33,000 bases of DNA, from assembly GCF_006345805.1 (NCBI RefSeq), contig NC_043012.1, positions 48,732,001-48,765,000 on the forward strand, written 5' to 3'. This document shows, one piece after another, positions 1-12,764 of this stretch (its first letter is position 1; each line of letters starts with the position of its first letter). Both the position numbers and the translations under genes were made by a program. A model generated the notes under the pieces. The model was given only the letters and a program-made list of their open reading frames with translations. It ran no database searches and was not told the DNA's origin. The DNA is from Octopus sinensis (Eukaryota).

Positions 1-2120
1 TTGTTATTCAACTTAGTTTGGAATTTGAAAATTCTATCACTTTTTTTTTTTTTTTTTTTATTATTTTTCAATTATTGGTAGGTTGGTTGTGTAGGAAACT
101 AGTTCAAATGTTTGCCGTCCTAAAATTTTGAGAATATACCTGAAGGCTGCAGTGGGAATTACAAGCAAATAGAGAGAGAGAAGAAAATTGTGAAAATGGA
201 AAGTTAAAAAAAAATGACTGACAAATAAGTCAACTAAGATGGTCTTAAATTGGTATAACAGAAGGAGCAGGAAATCTATAATATATATACATATATATAT
301 GTGTGTGTGTGTTTGTAATTGATTATCCTGAGCAAGTCAAATTGGTTTGGGAATGTGGATATTAATAATGCATTGTTGATGCAACTGGAAGGGTCTTTTA
401 TGTAAGTGTTCCATGCGTAATATTAATATATAATAAATATATACATTTTTTTCAGAATCATTCATTCATAAGACAAAAGTAATTTTTTTATTCACTATAT
501 TTTATAAGCTTCATAATTTCAGACAACTGTCCTTAGAATTTTTCATCTTATTTACTTCATCAAATCTTAAGGCTGATCAAAAAGTAACCTCCAACTTTAC
601 TTTACTTCAAACATGAAGTAACTTTACATAAGATATACATGCATATATATGTTTGCATATGATCGATATACATTGTTTTCCTAACTTGTCATATACCATT
701 TTCTTTGTTATTTTTGTTAATATATTTTTCTGAGAATGTAGTGATCAATTTCTGCCACTTCTATCATATATATCTAAACTGTAAACATGTTAAATTGCTG
801 TAAATGAAATCTTCCTCACTCGTATTGCTTCTAAGTTAAAGCTGCTGAAGAAAGAAAATAGTTATTTTAGCATCAGCAAAGCGAGTTTTTATATACATTC
901 ATACATATAACAAAATGTTTTATACATAACACACATCTTCAAGTCCATGCCGAATTAGTCCTTGCTATTTTGCATGTAGATGCAGATATTTCTAAGGACA
1001 AAAATACATGGAAGCAAGCTCCTGTTGTATCCAAGATCATAGTAGAATTTAATCTTACTACATGAGCAAAACACTTCAATTATACAGGGCCCCTTCTGCT
1101 GCTTTCTGCAGTGTATTGTATCTCTCCACCATTTAGAACTGGGTGGTTTTTGAGTCATTGGATGCGCAGTGTCTTTTTTTTTTTTTTCTTCATTGCATGG
1201 GCTCCCTAAAGCCCCTGATATGAAATATAACCGTGAGCTCTTTAACATCATCTGTGATTTCCATGCACCTACTACATATGTATGTGATGCAATTTCCATA
1301 ATAATATTTCACTCTTCATAATAGTGATAGATGATTTGAAAGTAACTAGAATTGGACTACCTGAAAAGAGTTCAGTCTCAGGGAGGATTTACACACATTC
1401 ACACACACATTCGTATGTATATATGTGTGTGTACACACATGCATATATATATATCTATTTTTTTTCATTTGACAAAACAGTACATTGTATGAGAGCATAA
1501 CTGAAACACATTGTTTCATTTCAAATAATGAATACCTCATGGAGAGAGTTCTTTCTAGAAGACACTTAATATTTTTCTCTTCATTGAGTGAAATCTAGAT
1601 TAGCAAAGACATCGAAGATTGTGTGTGTGTGTTTCCATGTGTAGCGTATGTATATGACAGATATATATTTATATGATGTGTATATTTAAACAGAATTGCT
1701 CTTATTCTTTTTGGAACTGTATGTATCGGCAGAATTTAAAACAACAAAGGCAAAATGAAGTAACAACAGACTCATTCTGTTCGGCTGGGTGGATTAGACT
1801 TTGCACCATTCCAATAAATTAGCAAATAATTTTGGGTGTAGTCAGGATATTTATTCACCCAGTGAGTAAGTGTGTAGGAGAGCACGTGATTTTTTTTTTT
1901 CTTTTTTCTTTTTAATATATTCTCTTTATCATCTCTGAAAAACAAAGAAAACGTATGCAAAATTGGGTTGGGGAGAGGAATAATTATGAATATTATGATA
2001 GTAGTCATAATAAATTTGAAGAGAACAGAAAATCAGTATTAAAACTGATTACTAAATCTGTTTCCAAGGGCAGTGGATATGAGTTACGATGGTTTACTGC
2101 ATCTGCTTTGCTATTTCACT

Positions 2121-2305
2121 GTTCCAAGTTCAAAATCCTGCCAGGGTAGTGTTCACTTGAAATTTTCACAACCCTCCAGGGTGAGTCGATACTTTATATA
2201 CCAGTAATCTACTGCAGTTGGTTCAGTCGACTATAACCCCCTTCCCCCTTTTAAAAAAATGCAAACAAATCTTAAAAAGAAAAATAAATGGCCTTGTGCC
2301 TAATA
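2121..2305 (+). mobile_element. Degenerate SINE-A2 copy
   Basis: CAAGTTCAAAATCCTGCCAGGG ... GTCGATA ... CAGTCGACTATAACCCCCTTCCCC ... TGGCCTTGTGCC resembles the better copies at 16823-17030 and 20563-20790. Confidence 0.4.
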
Positions 2306-3910
2306 AACACAAAAGACAAAAACTGCTTCTTGTTATATTTGCACTGGTTATCTGCCCTTTGTTAATATGACTTTTAATTATTTTTATGATCATTTATTAA
2401 TTATAATTTTAGCTGTCTGATGAAATAAAATTTTAACATTATTTCTAAATCAAAATTGAAATGATAATTGTAAAAAGTGGAAACAAAAATTCAAAGACAA
2501 ATATAGAAAGAACAAGAAAATTAAATGCAAAGTGTGACAACAGCAAATACATTTTATGGAAATGTTCACATTTTTTTATATGCAAATGAGTATATGAGAC
2601 TGGCTGTGTGTATATATGTATGTTTGGTATACATATATATTTCATATTTATATATGTGTGTATGCATATATATGTATGTATGTATATGTGTGTATGTATG
2701 TATATATTTATATATATATATAAAGTGAAAATTGAATATTATCATTGTCAAAGAGTTGGAAAAATAAAACGTGGATATTTAAAAATAAAAGGAAAATGTT
2801 TCCATATATTATTGCTCATCTATATATATATGTGTATACATATAAATATATATATAATATGTATGTATAATACATACGTATGTATGATATGTATATATAT
2901 GCACACACACACACACAATGTATAACACTGGTTTATTACTTTTCCTCTCTGCTCCGCTTCCCATTCCAAAGGTAATACAAGAAGAGAAATATACTATATA
3001 TGAAAAAAAAAAAGATTAACCAAATCTAATCTGCAAACAAATACAGCAAAAAAAAAATGAAAATACACAAAAAAAAAAGATTAAAGACTCAACATTGATA
3101 ATCAGTTCTGTGAGCCATGTCCAAATATGCTACTCAGGATTTTGTGTAAAGTACGGACTACTATAAAACTAGCAGGGTTTCATTTTAGTTTTCTTTTTTT
3201 TTTTTTTCCTGTATTTCGCAGCCAATTCATTCTGATCTGAGATGATGTCAAGAAAGCAAGAAAACAGAAAAGGAAAAAAAAAAATAATAATAATGAAAAT
3301 GTTAAGAAATTAAGAGTGAGATGGTGGTGATAGTGATGACAGTGATAGAAATAGTAATGATGATGATGATGATGTTAATAAGTTTGGCACTGAAGAAAGA
3401 AAAGAACAGAAGAGAATACATTGACTTATATCACTTCTGTATTATCGAAATAAATATCGAAAAGAAATTCTAAACCATGGAAGATAAAAGAAAAAAAAAG
3501 AAAAACAGAAAAAAAATAACATCCATATATAAATATATATATATATGTATACATATATATATAAAAAGAGAGAGAGAGTGAGATCATTAAAGAGGCGAAG
3601 AGAGCTTCCACACCAACAATGAGGATAATAATTGCAAGAACATCAAAAATAATAATAAAAGAAAAGAGTAAATCCTTTGCATTAAACGAGTTCCTGTGTT
3701 TATTTCATTCTTTGTTGATATTGCCTCTGAATTTTTAGATTTCATCTTGTGCATTGTCATATATATGTGTATATGTATATATATATATATATATGTATGT
3801 ATATATATATATATGTGTATGTGTATATATATGTATGTATATATATATATGAGTCTATTCTATGTTTCTTACAGCAGTGTGTGCCATTTATAAATACACA
3901 GGTGTGTGTA

Positions 3911-4250
3911 TATTCTTTTATTTGTTTCGGTCATGCTGGAGCACCAACTTTTGTCGAACAAACTGACTTTCTAAGCCTGGTAGTTATCGGTTCTTTTTTG
4001 CTGAACTGCTAAGTTATGGGGACGTAATCACATCAGCATTTGTTGTCAAGCGATATTAGGTGGACAAACACACACACATATATATATATATACGACAGGC
4101 TTCTTTCAGTTTCCATCTACCAAATCTACTCATAAGGATTTGGTCAGCCTGAGGCTATAGTAGAAGACACTTGCCCAAAGTGCCACACAATGGGACTGAA
4201 CCCAGAACCATGTGGTTGGTAAGCAAGCTACTTACCTCCCAGCTGCTCCT
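3911..4250 (-). mobile_element. SINE-B (tRNA-like head, internal TA/TG microsatellite, tail)
   Basis: Reverse complement aligns by eye with the SINE-B copy at 22122-22538 (GGTTCTGGGTTCAGTCCC B-box region, TTGGGCAAGTGTCTTCTACTATAGCC, GGAAACTGAAAGAAGCC, CTTGACAAC, GCTCCAGCATG). Confidence 0.8.
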
Positions 4251-4825
4251 ACACTTATATATATAATATGTATATATTATATGTGTGTGTGTATATATAT
4301 ATAAAATGATATAATGCAAGCATATATGAATATATGTTTACATACACGTGAGCTCATATTATTTTGGTTAATCCAGTCTTTTGCATCCTGTGTTTCATCA
4401 CTCAGTGCACACAGGATCTTCATTTGAGGAAACCTGTGTACCTACAGGTAAAGCACAGAATACTAAGAGACTGGACCAGCAGAATTAAAAATACATTATT
4501 AATCTGTATTATGGTGTTTGAGTAATCTTTTTTGCTGACGGTTAATACGAAAGAGATTTATTTATACACTTGGAATACAGATATGGCTGTGTCGCTTCCA
4601 GCTCCTAACATTTCAATTGAAGGATTCAAAAATGTTATTTTCTTGTCTTTTTTTTACAGCTCTTAATGTTCAAATTAAACTGAAGTCAATTTTGCCTTTA
4701 GCTGTTTCAGGGCTCAGTAAAAAGGCACTAGCTGAACCCTGACATGAATGCATTTTACTTCAAGAATTGCAGACCTTTTGCCAAAATTATATATACACAC
4801 ATATATATATATATATATACACATG

Positions 4826-4857
<32 letters not shown>

Positions 4858-5339
4858 CATACACATATATATATATAAATACATATATACATACATATAT
4901 GCACACGCACATGCAAATGTTTTTGTGTACTTATCCATATATACATGTGTGTGCGTGTATATATATATATTTAGTGACCAGTCGTTGCCGGATAGTTTTC
5001 ACAATAAAATGCCCTTATTTTAATTATTTTTCTTCATTGCATGTTAGACCAAGTCTTACTCGACGGATAGGCGTCTTGATCAGGACGGATTTCTGCAGAA
5101 GTCCTTATTTTTATTTTATTTATTTTTTCCCATTCGACGCATACATGTTTAAGATTCTTCTTACTTACTACACTTGAACATCCAACGTAAAACCAGCTGT
5201 GTGTGAAGCAGGGCTCTTGAAGGTGTAAATGTTTGCCTTTGCAATATGTTTGATGGTCATGACAAAATTAAGACTCACTAGAAATTGTCGCCCTAATGAA
5301 ACACACACACATACTTATACAAACATACACAAACTAAGC

Positions 5340-5830
5340 GTGAGAGATATACAGATAATGAGTGAGAGAATATATAGAAGAGGACGTTTACAACGAGAAA
5401 AGCGTAAAACAGAGACACAGAAAAAGGCGCCCCTCTCCGGTGACTGAATTGTATTACGTGTCATATCATGAGAGATATTGGGTAGTAGCAAGGGTGAAAG
5501 ATGGACATATACAGAGAAAAAGTGCGATAAATAGATGCAGAGGAGGGAAAAGCGTAAAAGACAGAGACAGATAGGGTGAGGTTGATAAATACATACACGC
5601 AAACACATATACAAACGTACACACACGCAGATAATCGCGTGTTAAAGATGGCGGCTTCTAAAGACATTAAGGTTTAGCGATGTTGAAGTTGAGTTATTTC
5701 TCGTAGCGAAATGTATTTCTTGATTACTAATAAACAAAAACCTCCTTCGGATGCACGTTTCGTAAATGGAGTCCAAATCCGATTTTTTTGTGTTTATTCT
5801 TGTAGGACGCGCCATAGGAAGCCTTTCGGT
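5340..5830 (+). promoter_or_regulatory. Possible promoter / first-exon region with YY1-type AAGATGGCGGC motif (5645-5655)
   Basis: Locally more CpG-rich, non-SINE sequence containing AAGATGGCGGC, the YY1 consensus that often overlaps the start codon of housekeeping genes. No transcript evidence. Confidence 0.3.
5648..5671 (+). CDS. Candidate short first coding exon MAASKDIK (phase 0)
   Basis: ATG GCG GCT TCT AAA GAC ATT AAG followed by gtttag (weak AAG|GT donor); without splicing the frame stops two codons later. No downstream exon identified and peptide not recognised. Confidence 0.15.
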
Positions 5831-5983
5831 GAAACATATATATGGCCACAGCTCATAAGCTGAAACTGGAAAAAATCAAAAATCATATATATATTATATA
5901 TATAAATGCATTTATATTTATGAATTTATTGATATAATGTGTATAAAAACAGTTATCTACATATATATAAATATATATATATA

Positions 5984-6204
5984 TTTTTTTACTACCCACA
6001 AGGGGCTAAACACAGAGGGGACAAACAAACGGATTAAGTCGAGTATATCGACCCCAATGCGTCACTGGTACTTAATTTATCGACCCCGAAAGGATGGAAG
6101 GCAAAGTCGTCCTCGGTGGAATTTGAACTCACAACGTAACGGCAGACGAAATACGGCTACGCATTTCGCCCGGCGTGCTAACGTTTCTGCCAGCTCGCCG
6201 CCTT
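5984..6204 (-). mobile_element. SINE-A1
   Basis: Near-identical to the reverse complement of 30844-31075 and to 12120-12351 and 25650-25882; head AAGGCGGCGAGCTGGCAGAAACG, B-box-like GAGTTCAAATTCC. Confidence 0.9.
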
Positions 6205-6825
6205 GTATACATATATATATATACACACATACACACACACTTCATCATTATCAGCATCGTCGTCGTCGTCGAGTTTATCTCTGCATTTAACGTCCTGTTC
6301 CCAGCCTGCGATTTGTTGGCCGGTTTGAGAATATCTTACGTATTGCATTTAATCATGTTCCTTACACTGAATGTCCTCCATAACACTAACCATATTACAA
6401 CGTGTGCTGTTTGCATTTTTAATGCACCAACACCAGTGAAGCTCACCTCTTAACTAGCAAGGCTAATGGTTTAATATGGCCCCTATAAATGTACACTAAA
6501 GAACATTCTAAGACAGTAGAGTAGCCGATGATTCCTAGCGTTATATTGTCGTTTAGCATATAAGATGAGAGGAGCAGATTCATAGTTGAACTATAGGGAG
6601 CTAGTTAAGAGTATAAGAGACCTGAGGTTAGTGTGTTATTGGAAAGCATGCTACAGAGCAAGACAAAGGTACATTGAGTTACTGAGAAAATCAAGGAATA
6701 GCGTGGAGTCGCTATTTGTTGGGTCGTGTCGGTATAGCTAGGTTTGTTGGAGTGTAGATGGGTATGTGGGAAAGGAGAGGATTGAAGTAATAGACGAGAG
6801 TGGAGAGGAGCTATTGAAGGGAGAA

Positions 6826-7175
6826 ACGTGGGTACGTGGAAAGAAGCTTGCTTCCCAACCACATGGTTCTGGGTTCTGTCCTGCGGCGTGGCACCTTGGG
6901 CAAGTACCTTCAACTATAGCTTCGGTCCAACCAAAGCCTTGTGAGTGGATCTGGTAGACGGAAACTGAAAGAAACCCCTCGTATATATATATATATGTGT
7001 GTGTGTGTGTATCTGAGTTTGTTACCTTGCATCGCTTGACAACCAAAGTTGGTGTGTTTACGTCCTCGCAACTTAGCGGTTTGACAAAAGAACCGATAGA
7101 GTAAGTACAAGGCTTACAAAGATTTCTTTGACTAAAGGCGGTGCTCCAACATGGCCACAGTCAAATGACTGAATA
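6826..7175 (+). mobile_element. SINE-B
   Basis: Head with GGTTCTGGGTTCTGTCC, CACCTTGGGCAAGT, internal (TA)n(TG)n, tail GCGGTGCTCCAACATGGCCACAGTCAAATGACTGAA. Confidence 0.85.
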
Positions 7176-7571
7176 AATATATATTTTGTGTGGTATGATT
7201 TTCAACAAATAGTATAGCACTTGATCACTTAAGAGAGTAAAAGTGGTACTATAAAGAAAAGAGCCACAACACAAGGCCATGTTGAAATTCTGCTATCCAC
7301 GGTTTCGTGGACGAAATATTAATTGATGAATAGTGAAATGAATATTTCGTCCAGGATAAACTGAGTAGCTGTTTTTCCACAAGGTTTTTTGTGTTTTTTA
7401 TTACAATAATATATACATGTATATACATACATACGTATATACATATACATACATACATATATATATGAGTATCTATTGACCTATCTGCATATTTATCAAT
7501 ATAAAAAAATAATGCACACACACACACATATATATCTACATATCTAAGTATATAAGTATATGTATAGACGC

Positions 7572-7572
7572 G

Positions 7573-7603
<31 letters not shown>

Positions 7604-7638
7604 TATATATATATATATGATGTATATATATATATGTA

Positions 7639-7679
<41 letters not shown>

Positions 7680-7712
7680 GTATATGTATGTGTATATATA
7701 TATATATATATA
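7572..7712. repeat. Compound (TA)n/(TG) microsatellite
   Basis: Directly visible dinucleotide tract. Confidence 0.9.
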
Positions 7713-7713
7713 T

Positions 7714-7851
7714 TGTTATATTTCGGAATGGTCATATTGCCAGTTTAGCCAATAAAAACACACGCACTATATATTTGGTGTTATTTTGCTTCAGTGATAT
7801 TTATTTTTTACATTAATCTTAATCTTATTTCGGCCATTCCGAAATATAACA
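7714..7851. mobile_element. 138-bp MITE, TGT...ACA termini, 20-bp TIRs, ATAT TSD
   Basis: TGTTATATTTCGGAATGGTC (7714-7733) versus GGCCATTCCGAAATATAACA (7832-7851): 19/20 inverted match; ATAT at 7710-7713 and 7852-7855. Confidence 0.75.
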
Positions 7852-7908
7852 ATATCTGTTTCAACACACGACTTCACATAAAAAATCTTGCACAACAAAT
7901 ATTTAAAC

Positions 7909-7909
<1 letters not shown>

Positions 7910-7962
<53 letters not shown>
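7910..7962. repeat. (TA)n microsatellite
   Basis: Perfect dinucleotide tract. Confidence 0.95.
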
Positions 7963-7966
<4 letters not shown>

Positions 7967-8457
7967 CTACGTGCGATTTCTCTCGTTTAGACATGCATGG
8001 GTAAAGGGAGGAAGTACGTTCTTGCATTGATTTTGGGTTTCAATTTAACCTCTTTTAAGTGTTTTGCTACAATAAAATTCTTAAATCGATCATTACTTCT
8101 AGTCTTTCACAGCTTCGCTTTCAGGATGCGTGTTTTCGATGGTTTGCGTAGCTGCCAACTTGATGTCAAGCAGTTGTGAAATTTGAAGATATATTGCCGC
8201 AAATTTGTGTAACCTACCGCTGGAATTTCGACTTGGTTTCCTACGTTTTTTTTTACATCAGTTGTCTATAAGAATTATATTTACCTACCAAGAATGAGGC
8301 TGTTGCACATACAAATAACACTTTATAACCCGGTGAAGAGCATTAAGATGATGTAATTATGAACTCACCCGAAAAAATTGGAAGTCTCTAGTAAAAATAT
8401 TTGTTTGTGTGTGTGTATATATATATGCATACATATGCATATATATGTCTGTATATA

Positions 8458-8496
<39 letters not shown>

Positions 8497-9235
8497 CACA
8501 CACACATAGTCAAGACTACTGAAAAGGTTGCAAGACGCAACGAAAATTTTAGGAAAATAAAAATAAAATCAAGTAGAAATTTTACCGGTGAATGTGTTAA
8601 ATTATAAGGCACAAAATGAAAATTACTCTCCCTAGACACAACAGAATATGCTTCAACACACGAACTCACATAAAGAATCTTTCAAACCAAATCTCAAAAC
8701 GAAATATATATATAACATACATGCATATGTATGTATGCATATATGTGTGTGTGTGTGCATATATAGGTCAACAGATGAGATCCAGAGATGCTTAATATAG
8801 AAAACACGTAGTAGTGCTCAAATGATTTGAATTTACTCTCTGAAACCTTTGTCGAGAACTAAGCCCATCAGTAACGGGTAGCTATAAGAAGAACCGAGGT
8901 GAGCTGATGTGGAGATACTGATGCAAATAAACAAACAATCACGTGTGGGTTTGATACATAAAATATTCACACATATATACATGTAGATATATAAATACAG
9001 TGTACATTTAAACACATAAGGGGTATTCATCATAGGACTCCTTGCACGCTAGAGAGGGCAGTTAAATTCCAAACCACTATTAATGATAAAATTTCGAAGG
9101 GAATGAAAAATAAAAACATTTACCATCTAACTCCTGAACCAATGGTTTCAGACTTTTTTTAGCAAATAAAATAATTTGCTAGGCGAAGCCTTCTTCAGTA
9201 GGTACACCGTAGATTAAACATATATACACGAGGCA

Positions 9236-9238
<3 letters not shown>

Positions 9239-9283
<45 letters not shown>
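9239..9283. repeat. (TA)n microsatellite
   Basis: Perfect dinucleotide tract. Confidence 0.95.
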
Positions 9284-9286
<3 letters not shown>

Positions 9287-9593
9287 AATATGTACAAAGA
9301 GAAACAGCAGTTGAAAATACCAGGAGATAAGCATTCATGTATATGCATATAGATATTTATAGATTTACTGAATAGATTTACATGGGGTACAAAACATGCA
9401 GTAAGCTCATGGGAAAGTGCTTTGTATTTCAAGTCCGACAGCTGTTTCTGAGAGCTCAAAATTACGTAATTACGAAATTACAAAACTTTTGCAGATGGAT
9501 CAGGCAAAAAGTGAACAATATGCAATCAGTAGTGGATACATATCAACATTACCGTAAATCGGGCCTCCATCTTCAGGATTGAGAGATTGGTGT

Positions 9594-9604
9594 ACACACA
9601 CACG

Positions 9605-9678
<74 letters not shown>
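9594..9678. repeat. (CA)n microsatellite
   Basis: Near-perfect dinucleotide tract. Confidence 0.95.
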
Positions 9679-9679
<1 letters not shown>

Positions 9680-9682
9680 CGT

Positions 9683-9930
9683 TCATCTTTTATCCTATAC
9701 TTGTTTCGGTCATAAGACTGTGGCCATGCCGGGACACCGTCTTGAAGAATTTTTAGTCGAATGAACCGACACAAATACTTAATTCTTTATTTTATATTTC
9801 AAGCTCGGTGCTTCTTCTATCAATTTCTTTTGCCGAACCGCTGTGGTACGGGACGTAATCACAACACCAATTGCCGAGCAGTGGTTCAGCACATCATCAG
9901 ACACAAACACACACGCACGCGTGCACGTAT
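9683..9930 (-). mobile_element. Diverged SINE-B tail fragment
   Basis: ACTTGTTTCGGTCATAAGACTGTGGCCATGC ... TTTTGCCGAACCGC ... GGGACGTAA matches the reverse complement of SINE-B tails. Confidence 0.55.
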
Positions 9931-10149
9931 ATGAAACAACAGCGTAAATTTTTTTCGGAAACTGAAAATTAAATGAACTTATCTTAATTACAAAAGAAAT
10001 GTCAATTTTACTTTGATGGGAAAGTCTCGCAGTGGGATATGTGCTTACTAATCTGACTTTATTAAAGCAGGTTTTAAAATCAAAAGATTCAGGATGAAAC
10101 GAAACTGTTAAATTGAAGAATTTCCTTTGTTTCAGTCAACGTAGGTGCA

Positions 10150-10300
10150 GGCGTGGCTGTGTGGTAAGAAGCTCGCTTTCCAGGTACGTGATTCCAGGGT
10201 CAGTCCCACTACGTAGTACCATGGATGTCTGCTGCTATAGCTTCGAGTTGACCAAAGCTTTATGAGTGGAATTTAAAGACGGAAATTGAATGAAGCACGT

Positions 10301-10348
<48 letters not shown>

Positions 10349-10575
10349 ATATATATATGCACGCGTGCGTGTCTTGGTTTGTTCCACCATCATTTGACAA
10401 CTTGTGTGGTGCGTTTATATTCATGTAACATAGCGGTTAGAAAAAAGAGACCGATAGAATAAGTACCAGGCTGAAAAGGAAAAAATAAATACATACTGGG
10501 GTTGATTTATTCAACTAAAAGTTGAAAGCGATGCCCCAACACGGCTGCAATTTAATGAAGGAAGCGTAAAAGAGA
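10150..10575 (+). mobile_element. Diverged SINE-B
   Basis: Head GGCGTGGCTGTGTGGTAAGAAGC, GGGTCAGTCCCACT, internal (TA)n 10305-10357, tail GAGACCGATAGAATAAGTACCAGGC. Confidence 0.75.
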
Positions 10576-10880
10576 GAGGGATATCGACTGAGGTTTGGAA
10601 AAGATACAAGAAAGTAAGAGAAAAGACATAGGATGGAGAAGAAGAAGAAGAAAAAAGAAGACAAGTAAGAAGATAATATTTTAAATGCTAAGGCTAAAAA
10701 CAAAGTTAACAGATACATGCTAGCATCAGGGCAGTATTAATACAGAGAGGTAATATTTATCTCCACTTAAACGATGATGTTCTGTTAGAACAGACTATAC
10801 TGTGGTGGATACCATGAGAGAAACTCTCATATTGGCTTTTGGTTCGAAATGCACTCTTGTTTATATTGCTCGCGAGGAGA

Positions 10881-11145
10881 CAAATAAAAATAATAAATGT
10901 TCCTTCTCGAGCTATGCCAGTCTCATAAGGGCCGGTTTTTCAGTTTCAGTGGCGTAGAAAATCCCCACCTGGTCGGGACGCCGGTCCGTCGCAGGATTAT
11001 TCATTTTTGCCAGCTGAGTGGACTGGAGCAACGTGAAAATGAAGTGTTTTGCTCAAGAACACAAGGCATCGCCCGGTCCAGGAATCGAAACCACAACCTT
11101 ACGATCATGAGTTGAACACCCTGACCACTAAGCCACGCGCCTCCA
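10881..11145 (-). mobile_element. SINE-D (tRNA-derived head) with 12-bp TSD
   Basis: Reverse complement starts TGGAGGCGCGTGGCTTAGTGG (A box) ... GGTTTCGATTCC (B box), then GTGTTCTTGAGCAAAACACTTC; TSD CTCGCGAGGAGA at 10869-10880 and 11146-11157. Confidence 0.85.
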
Positions 11146-11879
11146 CTCGCGAGGAGATAAATCCTCACCATTTCCAGCGTCGAGACCATCAGATCACGTA
11201 ATTTCGATCTTCCTTAGTTTCGTCGATGATGGGTACTTAAACGCTAGAGAGAGTAGCGACTCATCTCCCCGCCAGCGATGTATAGATTGATAGTGCCAGA
11301 ACAGGCGCTGGTGTCGCGATAAGTTATTGAGCTTGTTGAAAAAAAGTTAGAAACTGGAAGAACAAAATCTATACAACATGCAGGTTCTATACAGATTGCA
11401 TTTGCTGGTATGGAGTGACGGGTATAAACTGCCATTTTCATCATTCTAAGCCCGGATAGCGAAGAACTCAACATAGAAATTTGCCTCCGCTACACCAGCA
11501 TAGCTGGAAAAAGAATACACCGTTAGAATCCCACAATACGCATAACACCAGAGTAAAACCGAAGAACCATCTGCAGAATACATACCACACCCCAGATTGT
11601 ATCATCTACACTCACCAAAAGATTATATGCAGATGCATTGCAGCTGCAGCATCGAATAACAGTTTTTATAAGCGCAGTGCTAATGTTATTATATCAGCTG
11701 ATATGGTTATAAATGAAACGGATCCAAACCATGAACACCCTCACAAAAGCTTACCACAGTTAATAGATTTAGGATGGCTACCATTGCCATCAACCGAAAC
11801 ATCACACAAATTTTAATCTTGAGCTTCAGAGAATACTTACTGTGCAAAAGCAGAAGAAAAAAATTATACTTGAGGGATC

Positions 11880-12485
11880 TTTCTGCACGAAACTGAGCAA
11901 TATACATGATACAATTATACAGATATAATTGATGCAGAAATATCTGTAAAAAACTGTGTTGTTTTTCGTACAGACAGGAAAGAACGAATGATGATGGAGT
12001 TGCCATTTACATCCGTGAATATATCACGTCCTTAATACCGTTTTCGCGTTCAAATTCGGTTTGTGACACACTTATAGTACATATGAAGTAACGCGATATG
12101 GTAATACATGCATCATACCTATTTCTTTACTACCCACAAAGGGCTAAACACAGAGGGGACAAACAAGGACAGACAAAGAGATTAAGTCGATTACATCGAC
12201 CCCAGTGCATAACTGGTTCTTTATTTATCGACCCCGAAAGGATGAAAGGCAAAGTCGACCTCGGCGGAATTTGAACTCAGAACGTTATGGCAGACGAAAT
12301 ACCGCTAAGCATTTCGCCCGGCGCGCTAACGTTTCTGCCAGCTCGCCGCCTTGCATCATACCGCCATCTTGACGCCTTAAACTATGATAATAACTTTGAG
12401 GGAAAAACCGCCGAAGCTAAATGAACACATCAGTGTACTTCTGTTGGGTTACTTTAATTTGCCCAATATCGGATGGTCTGAAGAC
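11880..12485 (+). pseudogene. Decayed LINE (CR1/L2-like) ORF2 AP-endonuclease remnant, interrupted by SINE-A1
   Basis: Manual translation: DIIDAEISVKNCVVFRTDRKER / (frameshift) DGVAIYIREYITSLIPFSRSNSVCDTLIVHMK*RDMVIHASY|RHLD ... VLLLGYFNLPNIGW. This matches the APE motifs FRxDRxxxxGGGVAIY, YRPP and GDFNLPxIxW; one frameshift and one stop seen. Confidence 0.75.
12120..12351 (-). mobile_element. Young SINE-A1 with 11-bp TSD
   Basis: Full-length copy; TSD TGCATCATACC at 12109-12119 and 12352-12362; removing it restores the LINE reading HASY-RHLD. Confidence 0.92.
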
Positions 12486-12764
12486 AAAAGAAATCTCAGT
12501 AATGTAAAGCCGTGAGCAAAATGAGGTAGAGAAGTTAACAATCAAATGTTTTCAGAAGAATCGATTGATAATTAAGTAGTCCAAGCCTAGCTGAACAATT
12601 AACTCAGAGATTAGTAACCTAAAAGATTTTGGACAACTGGCTGAAAGATTATTGTTTGATATTTCATCAGGTTAGGGGACAGAATGCTACATATATACTG
12701 CGGCCAGGTTAATTATTTCTAAGTTGAGAATTTCACACCGGCCCCAGGAAATATAAGTTTGCAT

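Noticed and set aside
402-455. Perfect-looking 54-nt GT-AG mini-intron (gtaagt ... ttttttcag)
   Set aside because: Joining the flanks gives a stop within a few codons in every frame I checked; no other support.
955-1299. 114-aa minus-strand ORF (MEIASHTY...)
   Set aside because: No recognisable domain, it crosses a homopolymer run, and the splice-site context is inconsistent; likely chance or UTR.
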